DNA of 62,994 bases, counting the filler, from Octopus bimaculoides (Eukaryota), in the NCBI RefSeq assembly GCF_001194135.2. It is 6 parts of 4 records of this genome, joined end to end, with 100 filler letters (N's around TTAATTAATTAA, not from the genome) between each part and the next. Parts side by side here need not be neighbours in the genome. Positions count along the whole stretch, not along the records: positions 9,321 to 37,885 come from NC_068982.1; 5 more parts are not named here. One strand, 5' to 3'. The notes beneath the pieces were generated by a model that saw only the letters and a program-made list of their open reading frames with translations, searched no databases and was not told the DNA's origin. Numbering within the stretch: the stretch's first letter is position 1; each line of letters begins with the position of its first letter. The translations under genes were made by a program, and so were the position numbers. Shown piece after piece: positions 24,020 to 36,017 of this stretch.

Positions 24020-25200
24020 GGATAAAAAAACGAATGGTTTACACCTGGTAGAGTATTGGTAAAGCACAGTCACTTTCAGAGTGCAAAAATACATTTATTT
24101 GCATGTAGGCATCTCGATAGTCGTTCTGAAATTCTATTAAGCATCTTGTCCTTAGTCCACAGAATAGACAGGGATTCCTCGGAGCAGAGATGGCATCTCC
24201 TGGAAATTATTTGGATAAAGAATACAGACCAGAAAGAATTGGTCATGTCAATGAACTACGTAAGAAAACTCATAGACATATACGACATAGTAATTCAACT
24301 GCTTGTTCCAATCCTGTACAACACACTCGATCAAATAAACCTAACAACAGATATAGGAATCAGGATGTCCTCTGGTTCAACCCAATTTTTGGCTTGTGTG
24401 TTTCAACCAGGATCACTGGAAAATTTTTTGCTGCTTTGGACAAGTGTTTTCCTAAATCTAATTGGTATCATGCTATTTTTAATCAACACACTGTGAAGGT
24501 ATCCTATGCTAACTCTGCTAATTTAGAGCAGCTTATGCATTGCATAAACAATAGCAAAATACGGCAAAGGGTCAATAACCCACCTACTGGATCTAGCATA
24601 CATTTGCATCTGAATACCAACCAAGGAGATGTAAACAACATTGATAATCATCAACTTCGACCAATTTGTAGTAGTAGAAATATTCATGTTACAGCTAGGA
24701 CAATAACAGTGCTGGTAAATGGAGTCGGGACTGCCTTATATACAAATAAATATGATAAATGCTCATGCAGAGATAAATCAAAGTATCCTTTGCTGAATCT
24801 CTGTATGAGTACAAATTTTATATATAAATGTACCATGCACACAAGGGGAGGGCCCTATGTTTACATTGGGCAGGTGGCTGATTCATTTAAGAATCGTTAC
24901 CGTAATCATGTTGCCAGCTTTAAGTCAATCAATAAAGAAACATTCGACATCTTTGGCAGATTTTATATGGCGACTAAAGGAGGGTAAAATGAAGTACAAC
25001 TATAATTGGTCGATAGTTAGACATGCAAAACCATACAATGTAATTTCCAGGAGATGCCAAGGAATCCGTTTATTCTGTGGACTAATGAGAAGATACTTAG
25101 TAGAATTTCTGAATGACTATCGAGATGTCTACACGCATATAAATGTACTTTCACACAATGCAGTGTGAATGAACTTTGAGTAACCGTTAACTTAATGTAA
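24020..25200 (+). mobile_element. Penelope-like element relic (end of RT region + GIY-YIG endonuclease)
   Basis: LWFNPIF...FNQHTVKVSY...CSCRDKSKYPL...FIYKC...YIGQVADSFKNRYRNH...TSLADFIWRLK...NWSIVRHAKPY; frameshifted. Confidence 0.85.
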
Positions 25201-25730
25201 TTTAATTTACTTTAAGTTATGGATGACTTAAGTTTACTTTTAACCCATTCTTCTAAGCACCAAGTAAATAACTAACTTGCTTTGTGATTGTGAGTGCACC
25301 AAACCTCGCGTGTGTGTATGCTCACATTTTTGTGGATGCTTGTATGAGCATGTGTACTCATGCCATGTAGCTTGCCTGAAGGCGTTTATACATCCATATC
25401 TGTTAACAGTTATTTTCAATACTTTTCTCACTGGATTACATGTTCATTTCTCTTTTTGTCTTCTGCAATTTTATTTTTGATCTTCTATATATATGAAGAT
25501 TTTTCCTCTTTCTGGCTGCTTTTCTCTCTACAAAACGGAAAGTTACATTGTGGAACAGTCATTTTAACGAGTTGTATTTAATTATTACCCAATGAGATAC
25601 ATCTGCACCACCAGATGCTCCTGAACCAGATGTTGAGTATCCCACCCAAGAGGAATTGATGCTAGATGTGTCAAAACAATTGTCGTGATTAATAATAAAT
25701 TCTTGTATATTCCATCTTCTGCCTTTCATT

Positions 25731-25776
<46 letters not shown>

Positions 25777-25984
25777 NNNNNNNNNNNNNNNNNNNNNNNN
25801 NNNNNNNNNNNNNNNNNNNNNNNNNNNNNNNNNNNNNNNNNNNNNNNNNNNNNNNNNNNNNNNNNNNNNNNNNNNNNNNNNNNNNNNNNNNNNNNNNNNN
25901 NNNNNNNNNNNNNNNNNNNNNNNNNNNNNNNNNNNNNNNNNNNNNNNNNNNNACATACATACACACACACACACACATATATAT

Positions 25985-25988
25985 ATAT

Positions 25989-26045
<57 letters not shown>

Positions 26046-26830
26046 ACAATAATATAAATAATATATATATGCATATATACATACGTATATGTGCATACTT
26101 ACATATATATGCATATACATATGCATATGTGGGCACAGGATGTCACAAAACATAAACAATGAAAAATACAAAGTATGAGGACATGGAATAAGGGCTTTTT
26201 TTTTTTGCAAGCAACGAAAGAAACAGATGGAAAACAAGACAAGGAATGACCCTTCATCAGCTGTCAGCTGTTTTTCTAATCCATATTTCGAGCAATTCAC
26301 GACAAGATACACCTTCGATAAAACAGTTGCTCCCACAAAGCAAATTAAATAAAGGGTCAAGATTGGGGACAAAAACAGGACAGTGAAAACAAACAGGAAG
26401 GGCTGCTAAGCCTAAACAAGGTTGTGGTGGTGAATGCAAAGAAACAAGTTCGGACAGGAGACAGAGAACAATATGTCTTCCCTGTCCAGCTGAAACAGGA
26501 AGAAAGAAAGAAACACAAGTTAGGAGAATAGCTGATGATCACATGAGGGCCACATGAGCAAAGGAGGAAGAGTGAGGGAGAGAGAGTGACAGACAGAGAA
26601 CTGTGAAGGGGAGAGGAAAAGATTTGGAGACAGGATAAGAGAGAAAAAAGAGAGAGAGGGAGAAGGGGAGGCAAAAGAAAGGTAGACAGAAAACGACAGA
26701 GGAAAAGGATAGAATAGTGGGAGAAGAGGAGGAAAAGAATAAAAGAAAGGAAAGGAGAAAACAAAAGAGTAAAAGTGGGAGAAGAGAGAAAAAATGAAAG
26801 AATAATAGAAGAAATGCATCAGAGTTATTA
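25985..26830 (-). mobile_element. Non-coding element: pyrimidine tract + hammerhead-like core + conserved tail + (TA)n
   Basis: Same layout and tail (gt.ac.tcct.t.ccc.catatgcat) as 33965-34720 and 36982-37160. Confidence 0.6.
26244..26326 (-). ncRNA. Reverse-order hammerhead candidate, copy 2
   Basis: GUAUC|UUGUC-gu-GAAUUGCUC-GAAAUAU-17 nt-GACAG-CUGAUGA-A-GGGUCAUUC. Confidence 0.55.
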
Positions 26831-27615
26831 AGATAAAACTTACTTAGAAAAGGATGCGTGGCGTTCAATCATATGATAATATAAATAATATACATACATA
26901 TACATACATATATACACACATATATACACATACATATATATACATACATTTATACACATACATATATATATACATATATATACATATATATATATACATA
27001 TATATACATACATATATATATATATATACATACATATATACATATACATATATATACATACATATATATACATATACATACNNNNNNNNNNNNNNNNNNN
27101 NNNNNNNNNNNNNNNNNNNNNNNNNNNNNNNNNNNNNNNNNNNNNNNNNNNNNNNNNNNNNNNNNNNNNNNNNNNNNNNNNNNNNNNNNNNNNNNNNNNN
27201 NNNNNNNNNNNNNNNNNNNNNNNNNNNNNNNNNNNNNNNNNNNNNNNNNNNNNNNNNNNNNNNNNNNNNNNNNNNNNNNNNNNNNNNNNNNNNNNNNNNN
27301 NNNNNNNNNNNNNNNNNNNNNNNNNNNNNNNNNNNNNNNNNNNNNNNNNNNNNNNNNNNNNNNNNNNNNNNNNNNNNNNNNNNNNNNNNNNNNNNNNNNN
27401 NNNNNNNNNNNNNNNNNNNNNNNNNNNNNNNNNNNNNNNNNNNNNNNNNNNNNNNNNNNNNNNNNNNNNNNNNNNNNNNNNNNNNNNNNNNNNNNNNNNN
27501 NNNNNNNNNNNNNNNNNNNNNNNNNNNNNNNNNNNNNNNNNNNNNNNNNNNNNNNNNNNNNNNNNNNNNNNNNNNNNNNNNNNNNNNNNNNNNNNNNNNN
27601 NNNNNNNNNNNNNNN

Positions 27616-27718
27616 GGAGCTTTAGGTGTTTTCGCTCAATAAACACTCACAAAAAATCGAAACCGCGATCCTATGACCGCGAGTCCGCTGCCCTAACCAC
27701 TGGGCCATTGCACCTCCA
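27616..27718 (-). mobile_element. SINE family C 5' part (tRNA-like head)
   Basis: gtggaggtgcaatggcccagtggttagggcagcggactcgcggtcataggatcgcggtttcg; runs into a gap. Confidence 0.8.
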
Positions 27719-28072
27719 CACACACACACACACCCACACACACACATATATATATATATGTATGTATATGCAAGTAGATATGTATGTTGATGGATATGTA
27801 GGTAGGTAGGTAGGTTGGTAGGTATGCATGTAAGTGTGCAGGAGCAGATAATCTCCTAAGAAAAATAAAGTAATTCACTAATTAGTAATAATACAGGAAA
27901 AAACAAGAAAAAAATAGCTTGCTCTCCCCAAAATACTTGCCTCACCTCAAGACCCTGCCAATCGACATGATGTCACTAAATCTTGGTAATAGATCTAATG
28001 AGGCATTTGAGTAGTTCAAGTAATTCATTTTCTGGGTGACTCTGCAGTGAGCTTAGACATTTTTTTTTCTTA

Positions 28073-28310
28073 GTAACTCAATACTGTGTATTCAGTGCAA
28101 GCAATGGGTGCGCACTAAATTGTGCAGTTGAATCTCTAAGTGACAGGCAGGCTGGCTGGGCTGGCTGGGTTTGCTGGGTTGGCTGGTAGAGCATTGTGAC
28201 TTGCGATGTAAACCTGGGAATGTTATCAGTTAGAGCATCCACAAGATGCAATCTATGAACTGCTTGAGATGCCTCATCAAATGGAGATGATTGACAAAAC
28301 ATTTTTCCTG
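28073..28310 (+). mobile_element. Decayed RTE LINE fragment (Cys-rich insert within RT region)
   Basis: NSILCIQCKQWVRTKLC...LEM/IDK-like remnants. Confidence 0.5.
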
Positions 28311-29521
28311 TCTATGCATACACGTACTAATGGTGGCAGTGGTGGCAGAAGCAGCAGCAGCAGCAGCAGCAACAGTAGTAGCAGTAGTAGTAGTTGCAGT
28401 GACAGTATCATCATCATCATCATCAGTATTATTAGTAGAAGCAGCAGCAGTAATGAAATATTTTCAGTTTATAAATAACTGAAAAGGAAATTTTGGTTGT
28501 TTTTGAAGATAAAGAAAGGAAATTTCTTCATATGATCTATTATTTGAAAATATGTCTGTTTAATAATAATAACAATAATAACAATAATAATAATAATAAT
28601 GGTTGATATAAATGTTGATTTTTTGGCTGGTTGGGTTCTCCAGTCATGCTTTACATTGTATATGGAGAAGGAGGAAGAGAAGGAGAGTAAAAAGAGAGAC
28701 ACAGAGAGTTCATATAAGAGGTGTAGGGTGAGTGTGGATACTAGGCTTGGTGGCAGGCAATGAGTAAAGGAACACTACACACACATACACACACATACAG
28801 TGAGAGAGGAAAACTACACTGCAGGGGAGGGGGAGGGGGAAGGAGAGGAGGAGGAATAGGAGAAGGAAAAAGAAAAGGAGAAGAGAAGGAGGAGGAAACG
28901 ACAGTTACGGAAGGAGTTATATAAATGAGCAATTTATTTAATTTTATTTTATTTTATACATACCCACATACATATGCATGCACATGCGCATACAAATGTA
29001 TGTATGTGTGTGTATGTATGTATGTATGTATGTATGTATGTATGTATGTGTGTATATATATATGCAAATATGTATGTGTATATATATATATGTATGTATA
29101 TATATATACATATATATATANNNNNNNNNNNNNNNNNNNNNNNNNNNNNNNNNNNNNNNNNNNNNNNNNNNNNNNNNNNNNNNNNNNNNNNNNNNNNNNN
29201 NNNNNNNNNNNNNNNNNNNNNNNNNNNNNNNNNNNNNNNNNNNNNNNNNNNNNNNNNNNNNNNNNNNNNNNNNNNNNNNNNNNNNNNNNNNNNNNNNNNN
29301 NNNNNNNNNNNNNNNNNNNNNNNNNNNNNNNNNNNNNNNNNNNNNNNNNNNNNNNNNNNNNNNNNNNNNNNNNNNNNNNNNNNNTATATATATATACACA
29401 CACATATATAACATATTTCTTCCAGCTAAGACTAAAGATTGCTGGCAGATAGCAATGAAAAGAGACAGAAAATGATACAACTATGTTTCTAATTGCAGAT
29501 ACATTTACTTCATGATTTGCT

Positions 29522-29560
<39 letters not shown>

Positions 29561-29956
29561 CTTACTTATGTGCAGTCTTTAGACCAATTTGGAAATTGTC
29601 TGCTGTTCTTTTTGCTGAAAGCTGCAGACTGCTCTTGAATTGTTGATTTTGGGGTTTTGCCAGTTGCATTTGCTTTTCTGCAAAAGTTGGAGTGAAATAC
29701 ATTGTTCTTAGTTATAGGAAATGTCATGGATTTGATGACCAAGCTATTTTAACTGATGATAGCATGTACACTTTAATGTGGGGTTATTTTTCATTTCAGT
29801 GTATATATAGTACAAATTGTGACAGTGTTGCTGTGGTGTGTACTAAGTAAGCATCTGAGACATTATTATTGATTGTGTAATGGTATATTACTGAATGCAA
29901 ACCACCAAGGCTTAACACGGCATGAAGAAATACAGGGAAACAATGTCATGTTCAGA

Positions 29957-30290
29957 CTAACTTTTATCTGTTGTCTGATATTTAATTGTTAGGTACATTA
30001 GAGTTATGGCACAACAGCAAATTCTTATTGGATGTCCCTCAACATTTCTAGTTTCCATGATAGTGAGTGACTCAAGTGTCAATGCATGTAGAAAGAATGA
30101 GAGAGAACAACCTTGACAGACTGAGTGCATGATACTGAATGGCTCTGATAAGTAACTATTCACTCTAACCAGAGCAGTTGTCACTGTACATTGCAGTGAT
30201 CCAGTCCTGGACACCTACCCAATATTGGTGGTTGACACTGGAAAAGTTTTGATTGATCAAATTTGATCAGGGTGATAGGGAATTGAACAT
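29957..30290 (-). mobile_element. Tx1/L1-clade LINE RT fragment
   Basis: LIKFDQSK...DWITAMYSD..VRVNSYLSEPFSIMHSVCQGCSLS, matching the LDQxKAFD and VNG..S.PF.I.RSVRQGCPLS motifs. Confidence 0.7.
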
Positions 30291-30299
30291 AATCTGCTG

Positions 30300-31250
30300 G
30301 CAGGTTTGTCGATGTGACTCCTGAGGTGGCTTTGGAGTCCTGCATTTGACACGTATGTTTGACCACACACATGACAAACACTGAGAAACTACTAATTCTA
30401 CTTCCTCTCCCTTCTGGGCAGCTCTTTTGGTCTTTGCCCAGCTTTTTGACTTAGCATGGAATTAGCGACATCCTTCATATATTTGTTTTCTTTCTCCACC
30501 TCACTTGTTTCTGCCACCAGCATATACTTCCCAGTTATAAAAGTTGAGATTGAATTGCAACAGCAAGTCTTTGAAACAGTCATTGAAATGCTTCTTAGTT
30601 TTTCGCTGAGGCCTTTTCCCTTCAGTTAGCTCTCTATAAAGCATCTGCTTAGGGATACAACTATTGTCCAGCCATATCAGATATCCTGCCCAGTAAAGGT
30701 GGTGCTTATATATATGAGTTTCTTTGCTGAATGTAACAACTCATCCTAGTACCTCTGTGTCTAGAACATGCGAGATCCAGTGAATGTCCATGATTGATTT
30801 CAAGCAATACAGGTGGAAGCACTCCAGTAGATTCAAATGTTTCTTATAAAGCATCAAGGTTTTGCAAGTGTAAAGAAAGCTTGTAAAAACATAGGCATTA
30901 TAGACAACTGTCTTTGTTTTCTTTTACAGGCATTTCTAAGACTACACATGATTTTGAAGAGCAGGGAAGGTGGTGAGATATTTCTCCGTCGAGGGAGCAG
31001 TGATGGTTTGTAGTACAACCAAGCTAGGAGAACTTCTTAACAACCGTCCGCTTCTTCCCATTGATGTAGATGGAAGGTTTCCCATAGACTGTACCTGGTG
31101 CTGGTTGAGACATGACAACTGTTTTATTCAGACTGATTGTCTGACCAAAAGCTTTGCATGAATGGGACAACCTGTCCCTGAAACATTGTATATTAGCAGC
31201 AGTATGTGAGACCAGGTCACAGCCATCAGTGGAGAGGAGATTGTGAGCAA
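30300..31250 (-). mobile_element. RTE (BovB-like) LINE 3' portion, decayed
   Basis: LSTDGCDLVSHT..IQCFRDRLSHSCKAFGQTISLNKTVVMSQPAPG; C-terminal CHVCGQTYVSNAGLQSHLRSH zinc finger. Confidence 0.85.
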
Positions 31251-32366
31251 GATTCACACACGCAGACACAGACACATGCACACAAACACACACACACACA
31301 CATATTTATATATTTTGGGAGGTGGTGGGGAATAGTACAAATGAAAACGCACATATTGATATCACCAAGAAGAAGGAAAAACATTTATAATTCTTTGCTA
31401 AAAGCCAGAAAGCTACCATAATTTCTATAAACTGTTGGTACTAGACATGCAAACCACAAAACGATAGACTAAAATTCCTACATCTCAATATTCTAAAATA
31501 TTATATATTGAAATTCTTGTCTGTATATCTGTTATTTAATTATAACTAAAAGTTGTATAATTCAGCTTGACATTTTTATATATTGAAATAGTTGTGTGTC
31601 CATATTTTATCTAATTAAACTAACTCAAACATAATCAAATTTTAATATTCTTCATTTGTAATCATTAAAACTGTGTGTTATAATTCCAGTTGATGTATAC
31701 AGAAATTTGATTACTTTTCTACAGCAGAAACATTAAAAGAATATATAAAAGAAAACAAAAAATATTTTTTCGATATCAAAAGTTTAAAATGTGTTTTTGA
31801 AAAATCAAAAATTGTAGAGTTATGAATATTTAAATTATTAGCAATGATATACACACATAGACACATGTGTGCATGCACACACACATATTTTTCTTTTAAT
31901 TTTTTTGAAGAAGTGCAAAAGAACGAAACGTCAAAAATACTTTCACTTCTCAATCTTCCATTTAAGCTAATAATGGCACTTTGTTTTCGCTTTCTTTATG
32001 TTCATTTTTTTGTTGTAAAATCTGAACACACATGCATACACAAACATGTGTGTGTATGTGTGTATGAATACATACGTATGCATATATGTACATGTTTTTT
32101 TATGTTAAGTTATGTATAAAAACAATTTAACATTAAACAGAAGGATTACTGAATACTTATTATTAGCATTCATATTTATCAATTTTTACAAGGAAAATAT
32201 TGATGGTGACTTCGAAATTTCACCTTCATCAGACTGTCTGCTGATGACAAAACTTTGGCCATTTCTATCTAGAGGGTTTTTAACACAATATTTACACACT
32301 GTATCTGCTTTGAGTGCCACTCAAAGATATTAAATGTGTGTGTGTATGTATATATGTATGTATATA

Positions 32367-32468
32367 TAAATTCAATAATAGGATGAATTCTTTTACAAGA
32401 ATTTATCAAGTAGCTAGTGTGAAAAAAACCTCATAAGGGGAAAAAATCCATCATTTATTCCCAATATA
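32367..32468. mobile_element. Short (TA)n-embedded repeat
   Basis: Reverse-complement homologue of the direct repeats at 44964-45092 and 45471-45599. Confidence 0.7.
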
Positions 32469-32510
32469 TGTATATATATATATATTTATATATATACACA
32501 CATACATCCA

Positions 32511-33755
32511 TATACAAAATAACGGAAACACCTAGCATCATAGCATCATCATTTTGAAATATCTATAAAGCTTGTTTATTTTTATGTTTTTTGATTTATA
32601 ATTAGTGTTCCTTAATATGTTTTGCAAAAATTGCTGTTGCTTTTCAGATATCATCAGAAAAAGGTAATTAAACTGCATCAAAATGACAGATCTATCGGAC
32701 TTTCAAAGAAGTCAAATTGTTGGTGCTCGTATAGCAGGCGCTAGCATAATGAAAACAGCTGAAATGTATGGTGTATCAAGAAGTACTGTTCCGAAAGTGA
32801 GGACAGCCTTTGAGAAAGAGGGAAAAACCTCCTTGTTGAAACAAAACTCCAGAAGAAAACCAAAACTTTCAGATAGAGACCGTCGTACTCTTACGCAAAT
32901 TGTTAGAAAGGATCACAAAAGTACAGCTCCCAAAAGTACTGCAGAGCTTAATGACCACCTCGAGAACCCAGTTTCCACAAAAACTGTTCGTCAGGAGCTG
33001 CACAAAGCCGGATTTCACGGGAGGGCTGCAATTAGAAAACAACTCCTTTCAAAAACAAACATTACAAAGCATTTAGAGTGGAGTAAACACCTACAGAATT
33101 GGTCCCTAGAGCAGTGAAAGAATGTTATTTTCTCGGACGAGTCATCCATTACCTTATTTCTCACGACCGGCCGAGTATATGTGTGGAGACAGCCAAAAGA
33201 AGCATTTGAGCCAGACTGCCTTCTTCCAACGGTTAAACATGGAGGAGGATCTGTGATGATCTGGGAGGGGGGACTATATCTGGGAAATCTGCTGGCCCAA
33301 TGGTTTCCTTTCATGGCAGAATTAATAGTCAAGACTATTCATGCATTTTATCTGATCAAATTCATCCTATGGCTGCAGAACTGTTTCCAGACGGAAACGC
33401 AATATTTCAGGTTGATAATGCACCAATTCACACAGCTACAGTTGTTACTGAATGGCACAAGGAACATTCTAGTGAAGTTGAACATCTTATCTAGCCACCA
33501 CAGTCCCCAGATCTCAATATTATTGAACATTTATGGTGCATTTTAGAAAAACAAATAAGGAGTCGATATCCTCCACCATCATCACTACAAGAACTGGAGA
33601 CTGTTTTAACTGAAGAATGGACAAAAATTCCTTTGGAAACAATTTAAACTTTGTATAAGTCCATAACTTGTAGAATTCAAGGTGTAATTACTGCCAAAGG
33701 AGGTTCTATCTCATATTAAAATAAATTTGTTTGAAATTTGTCCAACCCCTGTATA
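32511..33755 (+). mobile_element. Near-complete Tc1-like DNA transposon with partly deleted TIRs
   Basis: Right end tgtccaacccctg+TA; left end tacaaaataacggaaacacc; contains transposase. Confidence 0.9.
32683..33719 (+). pseudogene. Tc1 transposase pseudogene, DD36E spacing
   Basis: HTH N-terminus, FSDES, KHGGGSVMIW, FQVDNAPIH...[W]PPQSPDLNIIEHLW; in-frame stops and frameshifts. Confidence 0.9.
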
Positions 33756-33964
33756 GATGTATATATTTATATATACGTCTGTGTATATATGTGTGTGTTT
33801 GTGTGCATGTAAATACACACACAAGCACCTGTGCATGCGAGCGCATGCACACACACACACACACNNNNNNNNNNNNNNNNNNNNNNNNNNNNNNNNNNNN
33901 NNNNNNNNNNNNNNNNNNNNNNNNNNNNNNNNNNNNNNNNNNNNNNNNNNNNNNNNNNNNNNNN

Positions 33965-34658
33965 TCATCTTTGCAAGTAAGTTTTAACTTTATATTTCTG
34001 ATGCGACTCTATCTTGGTATCTTTCTCCCCTTCTCGTTCTTCCTTCTGTTGTTTTTCGCCTCTGCCCTTCACCACTATATCTCTCTCTCTTCCTCCCTGT
34101 CTCTCGTTGCTCACCTATATTCTACTTCCTCCCCTTTTTCTCCCTCTACCACTCTTTCTCCTTACCCTTCGCTGGTCATATGTGTCCGGCTACTACTTCC
34201 TTCCATATCTTGGCCATCGCCAAACTCGCACGAATTTTCTTCTTCTCTCTTCCTTCCAGTTCGTCGCATCACAGCGTTCAGTATAAATATATATATTTTC
34301 ACGTCTTGCCCTATAGCCCTTCTTGTTTATTTCCACTGTTTCGTTTTCCTGTCTTGTTTTTTGTTCGCCACTACATTCCTCCGCGTTACAAATTTAATTT
34401 GTTTCCGTAAGAAGAGCCATTCTAACAATGCGTCCTGCCCTAACTCTTCGAAACGCTTCGTTTTAGAATGGGGGCAGCTGATGAAGGAAATGTTCTCTAT
34501 GTGGCCTGTGTGTTTTCTGTGCTCTATTTATGTTCTGTTTCTCATTTTGTCCACGTTTTTTTGTAACGTCCTCTACCCAGATATGCATCTATATATACAT
34601 GTAGATGTAGGTATGTACATACATGTACGTATATATGCATATACTCACATATTATTTG

Positions 34659-34720
<62 letters not shown>
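33965..34720 (+). mobile_element. Non-coding element: pyrimidine tract + hammerhead-like core + conserved tail + (TA)n
   Basis: Same layout as 25985-26830. Confidence 0.6.
34417..34494 (+). ncRNA. Reverse-order hammerhead candidate, copy 1
   Basis: GCGUC|CUGCCC-u-AACUCUUC-GAAACGC-15 nt-GGGCAG-CUGAUGA-A-GGAAAUGUU. Confidence 0.6.
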
Positions 34721-34727
<7 letters not shown>

Positions 34728-34833
34728 GATATATGTATATGTGTATATACACACACACACACACACATATAAACACATTTAGATATGAGCATGCATTCAC
34801 GTGTGTATGCGCGCGTGGATGAGATGATGATGA

Positions 34834-34868
<35 letters not shown>

Positions 34869-35341
34869 ATAATAATAATAATGATAATAATAATAATAAT
34901 AATAATAATGATGATAATAATAACAGCAATAAAACGTTTCTAACAATAACAAACTGCTAACCAGTGAATCAACTCCTAATGAGCAAATTCAATAGTAAAC
35001 ATAAAAGTTTGATCAAGTGATGTTTTATTTGAATGTTAACAATAAGTTGGTACAAAAGCATATTTATAAGCGTATATATATACATGTACATATTAGTAAT
35101 TAAGAGAGAATAAGGAGTAAAACAGAATGATAATAAATGCCCATTAAAAATACTGCTAAACAATAGAAAAGGCAACGTTCTTAGCCTAAGTAGTCTTCCA
35201 GAACGTTTTTGATGAAAGAAAATTAGAAATATAAAAGAAACCGTAAAATGTAAATCTAACATGGAATGTAAACGCGACTAAAATGTTGTTTCTTGTAAGA
35301 AAGATGAAAATGAAGGGCAAAAAATGAATGAAAGAACATTT

Positions 35342-35756
35342 GGCGCAATCATTACTGTATGGTTAAGAAGTTTGCTTTGTAAACTTGTGGTTTCGGGTTC
35401 ATTCTCACTGCGCAGCACCTTGGGCAAGTATCATCAAGTGTTATAGCCCTGGGCCAACCAATGCCTTGTGAGTGTATTTGGTTGTCGGAAACTGTGTGTA
35501 GACACGTCGTATATGCGCGCGCGTATGCTGTGTCTGTCGATCCATCACCACTTGACAATTGGTGTAGTTTACAATCAGTTTGTCTACGTCTCCCTAATCT
35601 AGCGGTCCGGCAAATGTGACCAATAGAATAAGTACCAGACTTTCAGAACACATATGTACTGGAGGACGGGGAGGGTCGATTTGTTCGACTAAACCCTTCG
35701 ATGCAGTGACCCCAGCATGGCCGCAGTGCAATAACTGAAACAAGTGAAAGATAAAA
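35342..35756 (+). mobile_element. Full-length diverged SINE family A
   Basis: tRNA-like head, caccttgggcaagt, tail ccccagcatggccgcagt..ctgaaacaagtgaaagata. Confidence 0.85.
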
Positions 35757-35799
35757 TATGCATCAGATAAAACTTTAGTAGGCGTTTAAAAGGGATAAG

Positions 35800-36005
35800 A
35801 CAGCAAGATGGCCGAATCGTTAGTACGTCTGACAAAATGCTTAGCAGCGTTACGTTCTAATTTTAAATTCCGCCGAGGTCAACTTTGACTTTCATCATTT
35901 GGCAGGATTGGGGGTGGGGTCAATAAGATATATTGACAGTTAAGTACTGGTGTCGATGTAATCGATTTGTCTCGTACCCTCAAAATTGCTGGCCTTGAAC
36001 CTTGC
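35800..36005 (+). mobile_element. SINE family B
   Basis: tggccgaatcgttagtacg...aaattccgccgaggtcaacttt. Confidence 0.75.
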
Positions 36006-36017
36006 AATGGGCCTGCA

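Noticed and set aside
25590-25690. Short protein-like frame DTSAPPDAPEPDVEYPTQEELMLDVSKQLS*
   Set aside because: Weak splice signals and no homology recognised.
32200-32240. CTGATGAAGG motif on - strand; similar motif at 37277 on +
   Set aside because: No matching GAAA and NUH strands in any order.
33731-34822. 363-aa hydrophobic ORF
   Set aside because: Spans a gap, a pyrimidine tract and (TA)n; compositional artefact overlying the hammerhead element.
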